64,000 bases of DNA, taken from Eledone cirrhosa. Lineage: Eukaryota. Below are positions 15,179 to 29,109 of the stretch, one piece after another (positions within the stretch are counted from its first letter, which is position 1; each line of letters opens with the position of its first letter). The stretch lies in NCBI GenBank assembly GCA_964016885.1, contig OZ024741.1, positions 349,308,001-349,372,000 on the forward strand, given 5' to 3'. A program made the position numbers and the translations under genes. The notes beneath the pieces are model-generated. The model was not told the DNA's origin. It worked only from the letters and a program-made list of their open reading frames with translations, and searched no databases.

Positions 15179-16379
15179 AAGTTCATTTCCTAATTAACGA
15201 AATGATTTTAAGTTTAGTTTCATCCTTCATCCTGTGGGGTGAGATCGTTGATGTAGGTGTCATCATTAAACATTAGAGGCAATCAATCAACGTAAGAAAT
15301 GTTGATTACAACAATGTTCTACCTACATATAAATATGTTTTTATTCCTAAATACACCATCGCGGTGTTCATTGGGTTTAAATGTCGAAAAGCATAAAGGC
15401 GCAAAATAACTGTAAACACAATCGTTTGCTATAAATTACAGCTAAGAAAATTGAGTAAAATACCCCTTTAGATGGAAAAAAAGGGGCCAGCGGCCGCTAA
15501 AGAGAAGCAAAATTTGTATCTCTCAAATTCCTGCCAATGGTACAGAGTGCTCGGCCAGAATTTGAGAGGTAGTGTTCGATTCTCTGAAGCGGCTATTGAC
15601 CCCTTTTTCCGTCATCGTTAAATGAATTTATTGTGTTTATAATTGATCTGTATTGCCTTCTTTTCGTGATTTAATTAATGGGAGCGAAAAGCTGTAGACT
15701 TAAAATTCACATTTCTTCCTGCAACAGTGTGATATATGTGATTCAGTCTCGGTTTCAACCTCTGTATATTTAATATCTCCTAGGCATTGAATTTCACAGG
15801 GTCGGTGTTCAAGAGAGGAAAAATTAGGCGGCGTTTGAATATAATAGCAATTTTACAAATTAGCGTCACTTTGTGAGAGCTGGGAAGCAATTCTGTGTTT
15901 TGGTTTCAATCTTTTTTCGATACAACGGTTACCAGGTTTATTCTGCATTTCGTTGTTCGTCTGTTAGTTTGCACAGCAATAACCATACGAAAGATACTAA
16001 ATAGCTAAGTTTGCAGGAGACAGCTTGATACCTAGCAATCCAAATACCTCACCAAAGATACCTAGGTTCACCAAACAACAGGCTTAGTGAACGATGGTAT
16101 CTTAGCTCTCTCCTGTTATATGAATACATAACTTTAAAACAACTGAACATTGGATTTGAGCTTTTGTCCTATGCTTTCGATTTAGCAATAAATTACTATT
16201 TCTAACCCCATTGAAGATAGAACGAAAGTAAAGGATGTATTAAAGATTTCGGAAGAGAAAGAGAAACGACATATCACATGATTCATGCCAAGAACTAAGC
16301 TATAATTATGATTGTTCTTCCCATATCAATCACGATGAAGCAACTCTATAATAAAAACCGTTCCTGCAGTCACCAACCC

Positions 16380-16720
16380 TCCTTTGTGTATCAAGGAAAG
16401 TCTGGAGACAATATCCTACGAAAGAACTTCTACATAGCCATTTACCAGCAATATCACACGTCATCAGAGAAAGAAGAACAAGATTCGATTCGCTGGACAT
16501 TGCTGGAGAGTAAACGATAAAATCATCAGCGACGTTCTTCATTGGGAACCGAAGTACGGGTACGCACGTGTTGATATGCCTCATCGAACCTACATAAAGC
16601 AATTGTGCGAGGATTCTGAGTGCACCCGAAAAGACCTACCACGAGGAATGGCAAACCGAATAGACTGAAGAGAACAAGGCATGGGGGTCCGTTTAATGAT
16701 GTGCCATTACGTGAGTAAAC
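16380..16720 (+). mobile_element. RTE-X-like LINE 3' fragment
   Basis: Frameshifted RRTRFAGHCWR...DVLHWEPKYG...PHRTYIKQL, homologous to 17574-18010. Confidence 0.75.
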
Positions 16721-17559
16721 ATTAAGACGTCGGTCAGCTTGCTGGAAATAAGCGCCAAATCTCTTTCAAGTCACTTTTACCAACCTTCAAAGATGGAGAA
16801 CACATTAGGTAACGTAGTCTGCTTTATCTAGAACAGTCTGTGCTTAAATTACTTTTATAATAGCTCTATTCAACCAAGGGTGACTTAGAGCTAAACAACA
16901 AAACTAATAACATCTATCAGAAAAAATTGAGGTTCCCCTTATTTCATCTATATACTACGTCTTGCTTTTCTGACAATAGGTAATGAATTCACTCAAAATG
17001 ATCTTTTTTATGATTTTCACTATAGGATTTTTAAAATAATCCCAGTCACTCTAAACACTACTACTAATACTACTACTAAGGATGCTGCTGCTGCTGCTTC
17101 TGCACCCACGTATTGCTGGGACGGTCGTGGAGGCAGAGTTCTCCGACACGCCTTCCACAGGTGTATGCAGTTCTAAATACTACAAAACTCCCAAACCGTA
17201 AAGGAATATTGGCTTCTGGATTCGATTCTTGGTAAAGATTATTGGAAGCTTTGAACAATAGAAAACCTATCAGAAAACAAAATGAGTAAATAAAAAAAAT
17301 ATCACATTTTTGATGTTTGGTGTATATATTACAATTATTTTAGAATAAATTTACATGTACACTATTTAATCGAACTAAGTAAATTATTTGTTGCAAGTAT
17401 TATTGCAGAATTGTTTGTCTTTTATTTGTTGCAAATATGCAAAGTCTGAATATGGAATCGTCAGACTTAACTACACCAAAGTTGTCCTTGCTCTACACTT
17501 TAGTCCGGATTGATCTCCGCAGCACTTGAACATAGAACATAAATCTATGTAGGACGTGT

Positions 17560-18010
17560 AAAATTCCCGAGATTCATGGACTAGTTCTCTCCAGTAGTCT
17601 CTGTCCCTCGTTATAGCTGCCATATCCTTTCGCTTCCAAGAGACCGTTGTCTGTCCTTAGGGCATCAGCATATGTTAACCTCGGTTTCCCTCTTCTAGTG
17701 TGTCCGTGCAGTGGTTCCCACAGGAGCACGGAGTGCAGTGTCAACTGTGGATGTCGGTGAGCATGTTCAGCTAACCTCAGTCTCCTCTGTGTTACTTTCG
17801 AGCTAACTTTTGGGAGGCTCCCGTACAGCTTTGAGTTCTTCATCCTCAGTGTATACTGATTAATGTTCAGAGCCATCTTCAGCATTCTCGTGTAGCACCC
17901 ATCCATCATCTGAGTTAGTTTCTTGGTCAGTGTCCAAGTCTCAGACTCTTGCAGCAGCACCGACACCATTGTAGCAACGAAGAGACGGATCTTCAGGTCT
18001 TTACGAGGGT
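17560..18010 (-). mobile_element. RTE-X-like LINE 3' fragment
   Basis: KIRLFVATMVSVLL-ESETWTLT...LYGSLPKVS...RRLRLAEHAHRH...VLLWEP-HG...GKPRLTY. Confidence 0.85.
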
Positions 18011-18749
18011 CCGATAGAACATAAAGAGCCGGAATAAATGCTGCTAAGCATTTTGTCTGATATTGAAACGATTCTGCTAATCCACCGCCCTTTAGAAGAA
18101 TCAAATATTAAAAAATATTCGGTAATTCAGCTAAGGTAGTTAAAAAAATAGATTATATTTATATTCGCTTTTAACTGCCTGTGTACTTTCTATGGGAATA
18201 TTACAACGAATTCCTACATTGTTTCCATTTCTCAGTGCATTTTCTCTATCTAAATGCATAGTATGTATTTTTTAATACTAAAACGAAAACAATTATACTG
18301 AATTAACTAACTAGTTTGCGTTACGTTAGTGAATTGGGTAACATTTACCACAAACTGACACTAAACAGTACAATCTGGCATTTTGAATGTGAGGGTCGTC
18401 ATGAAACATAGAAATATTTGTTTATTCTCATGCACATTTGATCCGGAATGAACGGAGGTATTTGTCCTTGTAGCCGATATTTGATATCCGCTCATTTGTC
18501 AAAATGATCGATTACTTGACTAACTGTGTGAGCTATCTCGACAGTCTTCTTTACACTAATATATATGACTTCACATTCTATCAGCTTCTACAGAGAAATA
18601 ATTAAATGAATGCAGTATTGAATTACAAACACATAGTTCCTAGGTTCATATCTCAGTAAAAATATGTGAAGTTTCTGTAAAAGAAACGCAATTCTACATA
18701 TCACAGTACAATGAGATATTTGGAATAAGGCTGTCTATAGCTTATAGCA

Positions 18750-18905
18750 AGGCGGCGAATTGGCAGAGTCGTTAGAACGCCGGTTAGAATACTTTGCGAT
18801 ATTCGTTTCTGCCATCTGCTCTCTGAGTCCAAATCCCACAGAGATCAATTTTGCCTTTCATCCATTCGAGCTCGATAAAAAAGTATCAGTCAAATACTGG
18901 GGTTG
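18750..18905 (+). mobile_element. SINE family A, diverged
   Basis: GGCGGCGAATTGGCAGA head and GCCTTTCATCCATTCGAGCTCGATAAAA core. Confidence 0.75.
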
Positions 18906-20379
18906 ACTCTTCCGCTATATCTCTTCCTCACTTCCATTCTCTCACTCTCTAGCCTTCTCTTGGAGAAATCTGCATTATTGAGACCTGGAGAGGATTGGGC
19001 TCCGTTATCTTTAAAAATGCCCTAAAAATGCCGAATATCAATACAACGCCACTACGACTCCTTCAGGAGTTACGAGATCATGCATGCATGTATAGCTTAT
19101 AGAAGGTAACTTTCTGCAGTCGTTTATGTCGGCTGGCTCAAAGAGGAGGGGCGTATCGCTTACAGGCGTGAAAATGAAAATAAAGTTCAAATATTTGGGC
19201 CTTTGTTTGCATTTAATTCTGTCTTCTGCATTGCACTTCTCAACCTGTTGATCTGTTACTAAAGAAAAAATTTCTATAAAACAAGATTTATTTTTAAACA
19301 AATACAGGAAAGGCAGTGGTCATCATATCAGATCAATACTATATTTCTAATACAACTTTTGACAGAATCGTCATCGCTCGTCCTATAACAGGAGTAGGAT
19401 TTGAACTGAGAACGTACACAGCCAGAACAGATACCACAAATATTCTCGTCGAACACTTTACGAAATCACCCAGTCTATCACCCCATCAGAAAGGATAATA
19501 GACAAAGCTGGAAAGCTGACCTTGGCAGAATTTGAACCCAGATTTGACCGCTGTGAATCGGAGGAAATATCAAGGCGTTTAATCCGATGCTCTAACGACT
19601 CTGCTAATTCACATAATAACCATTACCAACACCGAAAACAAAATGGGCATAAAAGTATATCATCATCATAGCCATCATCGACATCATCATTATCATCATC
19701 ATCATCACATCATCATCATCATCCCCCAACAAAAAATAACAACAATAGCAATACAAGAAGTCTGTCGCCCCAGGATGACAACTGCGACAGCGAAAGTATA
19801 TAAATAACAACAAAATCATTGTTATCTGCAAGATTTGGAAACATTCCTAAATCTGAAGTCTCAAATCTCGTTTTGGTCTCTCGAGGGACCTGAATGAGGA
19901 GATGAAGTAGGAGAAAATTAATCTAAACCTTAATGTCCTTTGCCCTGTTGGTCAACCTAAAGGGACAGTTTCTCTCACATTCGTGATATTTTGTTTCGTT
20001 GCGTGGTTAGCAAATGATACGACTCACTGCAAAATTAGCCTTGTGTGCTTATGTGTATGTACGACTGTATGAATATATGTATGTATGTATGTATGAATGT
20101 ATGTATGTATGCATTTATGTATATACGTATGTACGTTTGTATGTATGAACACATTTATGTATGTATGTATAGATGTATGTATGTAAGTTTGTATACCTGG
20201 AGGGGTGTCGTTGTGTGTGGTCGTATGTGTCTATGTTCATGTGTGTTTGTATTTGTGCTTGATTGTTCGTATGTGTGAATATATGTATGTATAATGTATA
20301 TATACATACATATATATATATATGTGTGTGTATGCCTTCTTCTTTGCCCACCAATTCCTGGGAGGGTCGTGGTATATAT

Positions 20380-20438
<59 letters not shown>

Positions 20439-20744
20439 TACATACTTAGCAGAGCGTGTATGCTTGCATGTCCATGCGTTTGTATTTTGATGTGTGTATT
20501 TGTGTTTTCATGGGTGTATTTGTGTGCGTATATGTGATTATATATGTGTGTTTGTGAATGTAAACCATTATGTGTGCATGTGTGGTAGTATTAGTATATC
20601 TAGTCAGTTTAAATCCCTTATCAGTTTCTTGTCCAAACTCTAATCTCATCTTTGGTTGAACGACCGCTGACCTCCATTTATAAACTATTTACAAGCTACC
20701 ACCATCCCCATCACCATCCCCATCATCATTCTCATCACTAAGGG

Positions 20745-20925
20745 ACTCTCTATATGGCGTTCGGTCTGCTAGAAATAGTTACCAAGTCGCCCTCTAAATC
20801 GGGAAAGGACGCATGATAATATTGTCTAAACATTTTACATGTGTCCTACCCTTAAAAAATTGATTGGTTACGGTAGGGATATCAATGATTATAGATGTAG
20901 TCAATTAGAACTGACCTGGGCTAAA
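20745..20925 (+). mobile_element. Old dispersed repeat (family C), representative copy
   Basis: CTGCTAGAAATAG...CTGACCTGGGCTAAA motifs recur degenerately near 16740, 23400, 27700, 36100, 39880, 41520, 43950, 56200 and 59520. Confidence 0.6.
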
Positions 20926-20928
20926 TAA

Positions 20929-21117
20929 TAATTGTTTCTACTTTTGGCACAAGGCCAGCAATTATCCCAGTGCATTACTGGTACTTTATTTTATCGACCC
21001 CGTAAGGATGAAAGGTAAAGTTAACCTCGGCGGGATTTGAACTCAGACCGTAAAGGACCGTAACTCTTTGCTGCAAAGCATGGCATCTGACCCTCTACCG
21101 ATACTGCCAATCCACTG
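20929..21117 (-). mobile_element. SINE family A, short variant
   Basis: Near-consensus copy beginning AATAATTGTTTCTACTTTTGGCAC on the plus strand. Confidence 0.9.
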
Positions 21118-21796
21118 CTAAATCCACTTGGGTTAAATAATAATAACACTATGAATAACATCAACAACACCAAAAAACAGATAAACTAAACCCATACGAA
21201 TGGCACTTAAATAAATATTTATTTTAAGCACATTTGAATAGGGGAATGCGCTGTGGCTTTTATACATAAACTTACCAGCAAGAAGCGCGCAAATTATTTT
21301 CCTGACAATTGGTGTTATAATAAACTGCAGTGATCTGCATTAGATTGATTTCTGATTCATTATTCTGAATAGATTTTGACACTAACAATACATTCATAAA
21401 TGGTTAGCGATATATATGAGTTTTTGCGACTGCCACTATCACCAAATTTTTTAAAGTGATCCAATAGAAAAAGATCAAACTGTGAAATAAGTCCGATATT
21501 TCCAAAGAAATTCCTGTTACGCTTTGTCAGATTAACAGAAACAGTATAAATTAGCAGATTTTCTCTTTGGTCATTTTGAATAATTAGTGTAATATTTCAA
21601 AATGACCACTTTTGTATCATAAAGCCAGGGTGGTTTCAGGCAAATTGATATCAAAATGGCTAACAATGGCAAATTAAATTGCCTCGGTGTGAGTGTGCCC
21701 GTGAAACACCAGGTCCGAACACAAAGGAAACAAATTCCCGCTGGCATTCCTTCCGTTTCTTTCGCTCTCCCCACCTCTCATTATTATGAGTAAATA

Positions 21797-22220
21797 GGGT
21801 GGTGGATTGGCAGTATCGGCAGAGGGTCGGACGCCATCCTTTGCAACACGGTTACGTCTCTTTGCGGACTGAGTTCAAATCCTGCCGAAGTTAACTTTGT
21901 CTTTCATCCTTCTGAGGCTGAGAAAATAGTATCAGTTAAGTACTGAGATGGATATAATCGACTTTCCCCTTCCCTCAAATTGTTCCTATGTTAGAAATTA
22001 TTATAAATAAAGAAATCATTATTAGGAAGGTGGATTGGTTTGGCAGTATCGGTAGAGCATCAGGCACCATGCTTTGCAACATAAAGTTACGGCCCTTTGC
22101 GTTCTGAGTTCAAATCCCGCCGAGGTTAACTTTGCCTTTCATCCTTTCGGGGTCGGTAAAATAAAGTACCAGTAATACACTGGGATAATTGCTGGCCTTG
22201 TGCCAAAAGTAGAAACTATT
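21797..22220 (+). mobile_element. Two tandem SINE family A copies (21797-22000, 22029-22220)
   Basis: Two GGTGGATTGG heads, two B boxes and two cores; ATTATTAGGAAGGTGGATTG appears on both sides of the second copy. Confidence 0.9.
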
Positions 22221-23021
22221 ATTAGGAAGGTGGATTGTCAATACTGGATAAAATGAATTGTGGTAGAGTTTCTACGTCCTGCACTCAAGTCTACTTTTAT
22301 CTTTTACATGCGGGGGGAGGGGGGGGGGAATTGATTTCATTTTTCCTCCCGATAATCTAAACGGGATTTCAAGTTACTGGCAGGTAAGTTGAAGGAGATT
22401 TATCTGAAATTGCTACACCGCGAGATCAACATAATTGGAACTTACTTGACCATAGATCTACTGGTTTAGAGATTATTTAGGCTAAACAACAACAACAACA
22501 ACAACAAAAACCAACAACTGAAAAGAGTAAAATGAGGAGGGGTTTAAGGTCAAGAAAGGTCGTGAAGGGTCAAACAGCAAAAGTTGTCAATGAAACAGAG
22601 GGTTGCGGGTGCTTTGTGACAGTATATAGAGGTGAGGGTTAGTGACAAGCTACTTTGTTGATAATGGTGGTGTTATTGGTAAATGACAGAGAGCAATGTT
22701 GACGCCAGCGCTTTATACTATCCCGGACATTGTTCAGCCAGAAATCTCATTTTTTTTCTTTCAACCTCCTACTTGTTCCCCATTTCCTACTTTTCATCCT
22801 ACTTTTCTCTCATCAATTTCACGCTCACTCCCCCACCTCTCTCTCTCACTAGCTAGCTATCTCTCTCCCCCGTTTCTTTTTCTATCTCTCACACAACCAA
22901 GCGCTCCCATGCACACATACTTTCTTTTAACCGAATACTTTTTATTTCAATTCCCCTTTCTTCTTTTTCTAATACCACATTCCCCTTTTTCCTTGCTACG
23001 CATCACCATTCTTTTCTTCTT

Positions 23022-23069
<48 letters not shown>

Positions 23070-23464
23070 ACACACGCTTTCTCCCCCACTCATTCTTTCT
23101 CACCCAGTCTCTATCCATCTCTCCCCCTTCTTTCCCTGTCACTATTTTCTTTTTCTCAACTTCTTTATCCACTTATTGGTTTCCGTGGCTACAACCAAAA
23201 TTGTTGGGTTTGAGACTTCATCTTGGCGACAGATGGATCATTTAATCGACTCTGTAATTTTCTGAAACAAAACAACAGCCATAACTACAGCCATAACAAC
23301 ATCATCAGCATATTACCAACCAAAACCACCACCAATGACATCACCTTTGTCATCATTATGACCACTTATAACACAAATATAATCAAAGCTAGCAACATTA
23401 CCATAGCAGCCAAATCTCCATCAAATAACCCCACCAGTCGTCTTCAAAGAAGACTCATTAAAAT

Positions 23465-23668
23465 AATGGTTTTTACTATAGGCTTAAGGCTAGCAATTTT
23501 GGGGGAGGGGAAAGTCGATTAAATCGACCCCCAGTGCTTTGTTCTATCGACCCCGTAAGGATGAAAAGCAAAGCTAACCTTGGATTTGAACTCAGAACGT
23601 AAAGGGTCATAACTCTATGTCGCTATGCATATTGTCCGATGTTCTCCTGATTCTGCTAATCCACCTAC
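23465..23668 (-). mobile_element. SINE family A, long variant
   Basis: ATCGACCCCGTAAGGATGAAA core and GATTTGAACTCAG B box on the plus strand. Confidence 0.8.
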
Positions 23669-23999
23669 CTCAAAATAATGTAGTCGAAGATACTAAAATA
23701 AGACGGGGTGGTTGTGGATGGAACGTAATTGATCCCGGCTGACACTGGGCTAAATGTGGAAAACTGCACATGGTTATTTGATATACAAAAAATTGTCGCC
23801 AAATGACACTCAAGTTGCTGTTTACGCTCCCTAAACATACATATGGATGGTCATAGCTGGAACGTATTTAATCAGAAGTCTACTCCGTCAGGCTTCACGT
23901 TGTATTAAACAACATTAACAACTATGTTGACATTAACACCAACAACCATTAACATCACTACCATTCGCCATATTACAACAAAAAAAAACATGTCACCAC

Positions 24000-25230
24000 T
24001 TCTGTTGATAGAGCTTCAGAAGTAGCCGGAGTCGTCCACGAAGTCCGCATGTTCATGATTGATGCCAATGTTTGTTGGTGGTGGATGAATATCAAGTAGC
24101 ATGTCCTTGGTCTTTTTGACACTGCTGGCTTCAGATGATCCCATCTCATCTATCACATTCTGCAAGTCGGATGTATTTTATAACATCGCCACAATATCGT
24201 CTGCAAAATCAAAATCTCAGAGCTTCTGTTGTTCTAGCCAGTCAATCTCCTTATCTTCTGTTGCCATTTTGAGAATCCAGTTGATCGCCTAAGCAAAGAA
24301 TTGGAGACAGCAAGCATCCTTGGCGGACTCCTGTAATGACCCCAAACTACTCACTATAGCTATCCTCAGTTCTTACGCAGTATTTGGAACCAGTATATAG
24401 ATCAGTCATGGGCAACCTGCGGCCCGCGATGCTTTCTGAATGGCTCGCCTAAGTCACTTAAGTGAAATCTTTCTGATTATTTTACCCCAACTTTTCAGTC
24501 GTAATTTATCTTTCTATTATTTTTACGATCAAGGAAAAGAACGTGTACGAATTCTGAAGAAACAAATCAAAACAACCTTTTTTTAATGTGGGCACGAATG
24601 TAAATTAGTGCTTGCGGCCCACCTGATGATGAGCCATATTACATGCGGCCCGCTTCTCGAAAAATGTTGCCCATGTCTGATATAGATCCTTGATGGCTGT
24701 GATAACATTGGATTGTATGCTATAAGCTCTCATGATGTTCCATAAGGATGGTCTGCGCAGTCTATCAAATACTTTAGTAAAGGCAATGAATGTGATGGGA
24801 AGTGGTACTTGGAATTCATTGTATTTCTCGATGAGGTGACATGGAGTAAATATTTGAGTAAATACATGAGTAAATATTAGCGAACATACTGGAGCATTTA
24901 GGTTGAAATTCAGTTTGTTGCTCATATAAGATAAGATTGACGGCCTCATTCATTCGTTTCAGGATGACCTGGTAGGTATATATTTCCTGGTATAGATAGA
25001 AGTGTTACGCTCCTCCAGTGGTCACATTCTGCAAGGTTACTCTTTTGGAGAATGCAGGAAACTACTCTGTTTTACCAGACCTCCGGTACCTCATATGTAT
25101 ACCAGATCTGGTTGCATAACTGACACATCCATGTGGTGACACATTTCTCCCCATCTTTGTGCATCACTGCGTTGATGCCATTCATACTTGCTGACTTATT
25201 GGGTTCTTTTGATGGCCTTCATATTTCTTT
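24000..25230 (-). mobile_element. Decayed RTE-clade LINE, RT domain
   Basis: Remnants of GVRQGCLLSPILC, DFDFADDIVAML and FIAFTKVFDRLRRPSLWNIMRAY; interrupted by a MITE. Confidence 0.8.
24403..24679. mobile_element. hAT (Charlie/SPIN-like) MITE
   Basis: TIRs CAGTCATGGGCAAC / GTTGCCCATGTCTG, subterminal GCGGCCC motifs, and perfect 8-bp TSD ATATAGAT (24395-24402, 24680-24687). Confidence 0.92.
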
Positions 25231-26724
25231 CCCGAGGAGTCGCCAAAACAAAATACAGATTCAGATCATTACACCCGGCCAACAACCACATTACTAAGGC
25301 TCATTAAAAACAACATAAAAAAGCAATGATTTCCTGAGTAAAACTAGACTCTATCTCATTCTAACTGCAATCACCATCATCAACATTTTCGACTATTTTA
25401 TTCACTACGAAAAAAAAAAAAAAAAAAAAAAGAGCCTAACACGCTAACTAACCAACAATTTCTCAGCTCACTAACCATATACAGATAGTGGTCATGAACA
25501 ATATCCACAGTTTAAAATTTCTAAAATATTTACATCTGAGTATTTGGCAAAATAACCTCAATTTAAAAAACCCAACAACAACAAAAATCAAATTAAGCAA
25601 ATAACATAAATTCATCGCTCTCCTAAAATCATTTTAGTAATTAGTCTAATCCTCTTTCTAATTAACAGACCACTATATTCAACAACCACACTAATCATAA
25701 TCCTCACACAATACAATATAGCTTCAAAAACAAGCTGGATACAATTATTTAATCAATTGAGGCGTCCGTAGAGAGCTAGTGAGCCGTGGCAGACTAACCT
25801 TACAGTTAATAAACATAAATAAATGAGAGAGAATTAGAGAGAGAAATAAAAAAAGAAAAAGATGGCAAACGGAAGTCAAAAAAAGCATAAATAAGATTAA
25901 AATGTGGGAAAACAAGGGTGAAAGACAAGAGCAACTATAAAGCAGCTAAAATTTCTATTGTTGAATCTTTTGTAGCCTCCATATAACTGGAAGATTTGTT
26001 TATAGTTCGTAAATGGTAGGTAATTTAATTGTTTCTACTTTTGGCACAAGGCCAGCAATTACCCTAGTGCATTACTGGTACTTTAGTTTATCGACCCCGT
26101 AAGGATGAAAGGCAAAGTTAACCTCGGCTGATCAGCTTCAAGATGTCCTCTCTCTTAGACTGGTAGATTCTGCATTGGAGAAAAGGAACATTAACCTCAT
26201 TTGACGTCAGTAAAACCTTTTAATACACCTATAACCCATACATAAATCATGTTTGAACCACTTCTGTCATTGGCACAATGACTAATTGAGACTGTTTAAT
26301 GTTTATAGTAGCAGCAGAAACATGAATGTAAATTTCTTGCCCATCTTACCAGTGAACGAATTAGTGAATACTTAAAACACCTTAAAGCTTGGAGTAGCAA
26401 TCGATTCAACAGAAAATGCAAAACAGTAAAGAAGAATATAACTGCAACTGGCTTGATGTTTGAATATTTCGAAGAAAAATGTTCTTATCTTTTTTTTGGG
26501 GGGGGGGGGGGGGGGAGCACTAAGATAAATATAAATAAATTTGGAAAACAAACACACCAGCAAATATTTTTAAAAGGATCTTTTGATTAAAATAAATCTG
26601 TACTTTTATTATATACATTGTTCTGGTTGGCAAGTAAATTCAAGCTTATCACAATATTTCGAATTCCTCCTAAGTAATTTATTTTATTTTCATCATATAA
26701 TTCAAGTTTATTTAGCATTAAATT

Positions 26725-27225
26725 TTGGTTTCTGATATAGACACAATGCAAGCAATTTGGATGGTGGGGAAGTCGATAAAATCGACCTCCCTAGTACTTG
26801 ACTGGTACTTATATCGACTCCTAAAAGCTGACCTCGGCGTGATTTGAACTCAAATCATAAAGGACCGTAACTAAATGCTGGAAAGAATTTTGTGTGACAC
26901 TCTAATGGTTCTACCAATCCATTATCCTATACGTATTAATTACTAAAGTCTGAGTTCAAATCCCGCCGAGGTTAACTTTGCCGTTCATCTTTACGGGGTC
27001 GATAAAATAAAGTACCAGTCACGCACAGGGGTTGATTTAATCGACTTTCTCCTCCCTCGAAATTGCTGGCCTTGTGCCTATATAAGAAACCATTAATCAC
27101 TAAAGTCTGAGTTCAAATCCCGCCGAGGTTAACTTTGTCTTTTATCCTTACGGGGTCGATAAAATAAAGTACCAATAATGCACTGGAATAATTTCTGGCC
27201 TTGTGCCAAAAGTAGAAACAATTAA
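26725..27225. mobile_element. Cluster of three SINE family A copies (one minus, two 5'-truncated plus)
   Basis: Core motif three times; ATTAATTACTAAAGT-like sequence repeated at 26935, 27092 and 27221. Confidence 0.85.
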
Positions 27226-28084
27226 TTACTAAAGTACTTTCTGAGCAATTTGTAACAGGACCTACATTTCACGACTAGGCTGTATTTATTACAAGCTTTA
27301 GGTGTCTACATTTTTACATCTAGCCTGGACCGTTGCCATTTTTGCACAGGTCCAGTCATGACTGGAACACCTTTAATCGCAGTTTGTTGGGTATGGGAAA
27401 ACTGTGAGGAAGGAGGAGACTAAACCACAATGACTACTACTAACACAACACAGCACGTCAATCAACACGAGAAAAAAGCAGCAGCAGCAGCAAAAGTCTT
27501 CACTGAAAAACCACTTCTCCACCTAATTCCCTTCTACCTCGTTTTAACTTTCTTCTGTACCCCTCTCATTGGAACTTTCACCTATGTCGTCCCACCTCAT
27601 TAGTGTCTGTTGATGTCGCCAGCCCTACCTACATCGCCATCAATACCTTCCCTACCACTACCACCACTACACTGTACTTTCTACGTGGTCGCATAACCTG
27701 CTAGAAATAGCAACCAAATTCGCTCAAATCATATTCTACTATCTTAGAAAGGGGATTCATTGGACGTGTTACTGGATTCACTGTGTACAGAAAAAAATGG
27801 GATGGGATGGTCACCTGGAATTATTTTAAACAAACGTCTGCACGATCAAGGCTGACCTATGCCTAAATAAAACCAACGAAAACTATCACCACCACTAACA
27901 CCAGCGTCATTTTCTCGACATATTGTCGCCACCCCATCCTCACCACTATCACAGCCAGCATCACCAACACCATCATGAACAAGCTAACTGCTATTACTTT
28001 CACCATCAAATTCCACTAAACCCCCCCCCCCCTATCATCATCATCATTGCTATCTCTCACCACCTCTACCACTATCAACACTTT

Positions 28085-28131
28085 CCCTACTACTACTGCT
28101 ACCGCTACTGCTGCTGCTACTACCGCTGCTG

Positions 28132-28168
<37 letters not shown>

Positions 28169-28210
28169 AACTACCGCTGCTGCTACTACTACTACTACTA
28201 CTACTGCTGC

Positions 28211-28243
<33 letters not shown>

Positions 28244-28269
28244 CACTACTACTACTACTACCACCACCG

Positions 28270-28309
<40 letters not shown>

Positions 28310-28318
28310 AGACTACTA
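28085..28318. repeat. (TAC)n/(TGC)n trinucleotide repeat
   Basis: Directly visible. Confidence 0.95.
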
Positions 28319-28698
28319 AGCACCACTTCTGCCAACATCGTCAACTTCATTGTTCAGCATGCAATCGTAGCTATGGTGACATCAATCCTGCCCACCTTTA
28401 CAGTAATTTTGGCTCGGTGCTAGATCCTCACACTCCTTAGCCCTTAACACCTTTCCTCTGACACAAATCCCTCTTTCACCATACCTCTTCATCTCTCTTG
28501 ATCTCTATCTGCCTATCTCTTCCTTCTCTCCCGTCTCTGTTCATCTATCTCTCCGCCATTATCTTCCTCCACTCCCTAAATCTGTTTCTTTCCTGTCTAT
28601 ATTTGTTCCTGAAACATTTCATGCTTCTCTTTAATTTCCACCCAGGTCAACTGTTTTCTCTTCTGGTGTCTTTCCATGCTTCAGTTCCGTATCTCTCA

Positions 28699-28740
<42 letters not shown>

Positions 28741-28741
<1 letters not shown>

Positions 28742-29083
28742 GGAACGAGTAGGACCCCGACGGCTGAGCTCAAGCCGTTTCGACGGCTAATTATGGACTA
28801 AATGAAAATGTTTATCCTGGTATATGAATAGCCGAGCTTCTCAGGGGGTAATTCCATATATGGTAAAAGTGATTGTCACAAGGATTGGTCAAAAGTTTGT
28901 TGTGAGACACATAATTCTATCATGGCAATTTGTGGAGGGAAGGGGTAGCTGAACCTGCCAGTAGAAACGGCTTGAGCTCAGCCGTCGGGGTCCTACTCGT
29001 TCCTATTACCCACTCTACTATCCTAAGTATTGAGTACTTTGGTGCGTTATGATCCACCTGGTTCCTTACCACATTTCCTTCGT
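28741..29083. mobile_element. PLE-like cassette, GUC family (6 copies in window), inverted arm plus tail
   Basis: 28741-28781 is inverted at 28962-29004; tail 29005-29083; (TA)n on both sides. Sister copies at 11838, 52137, 58221, 61938 and 62940. Confidence 0.85.
28754..28849 (-). ncRNA. Hammerhead motif, GUC family (core CTGAGAA, one substitution)
   Basis: ACCCC-CTGAGAA-CGGCTATT...AATTAGCCG-GAAA-CGGC-TTGAGCTCA-GCCG-TC-GGGGT. Confidence 0.75.
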
Positions 29084-29109
29084 TATATATATATATATAT
29101 ATATATATA

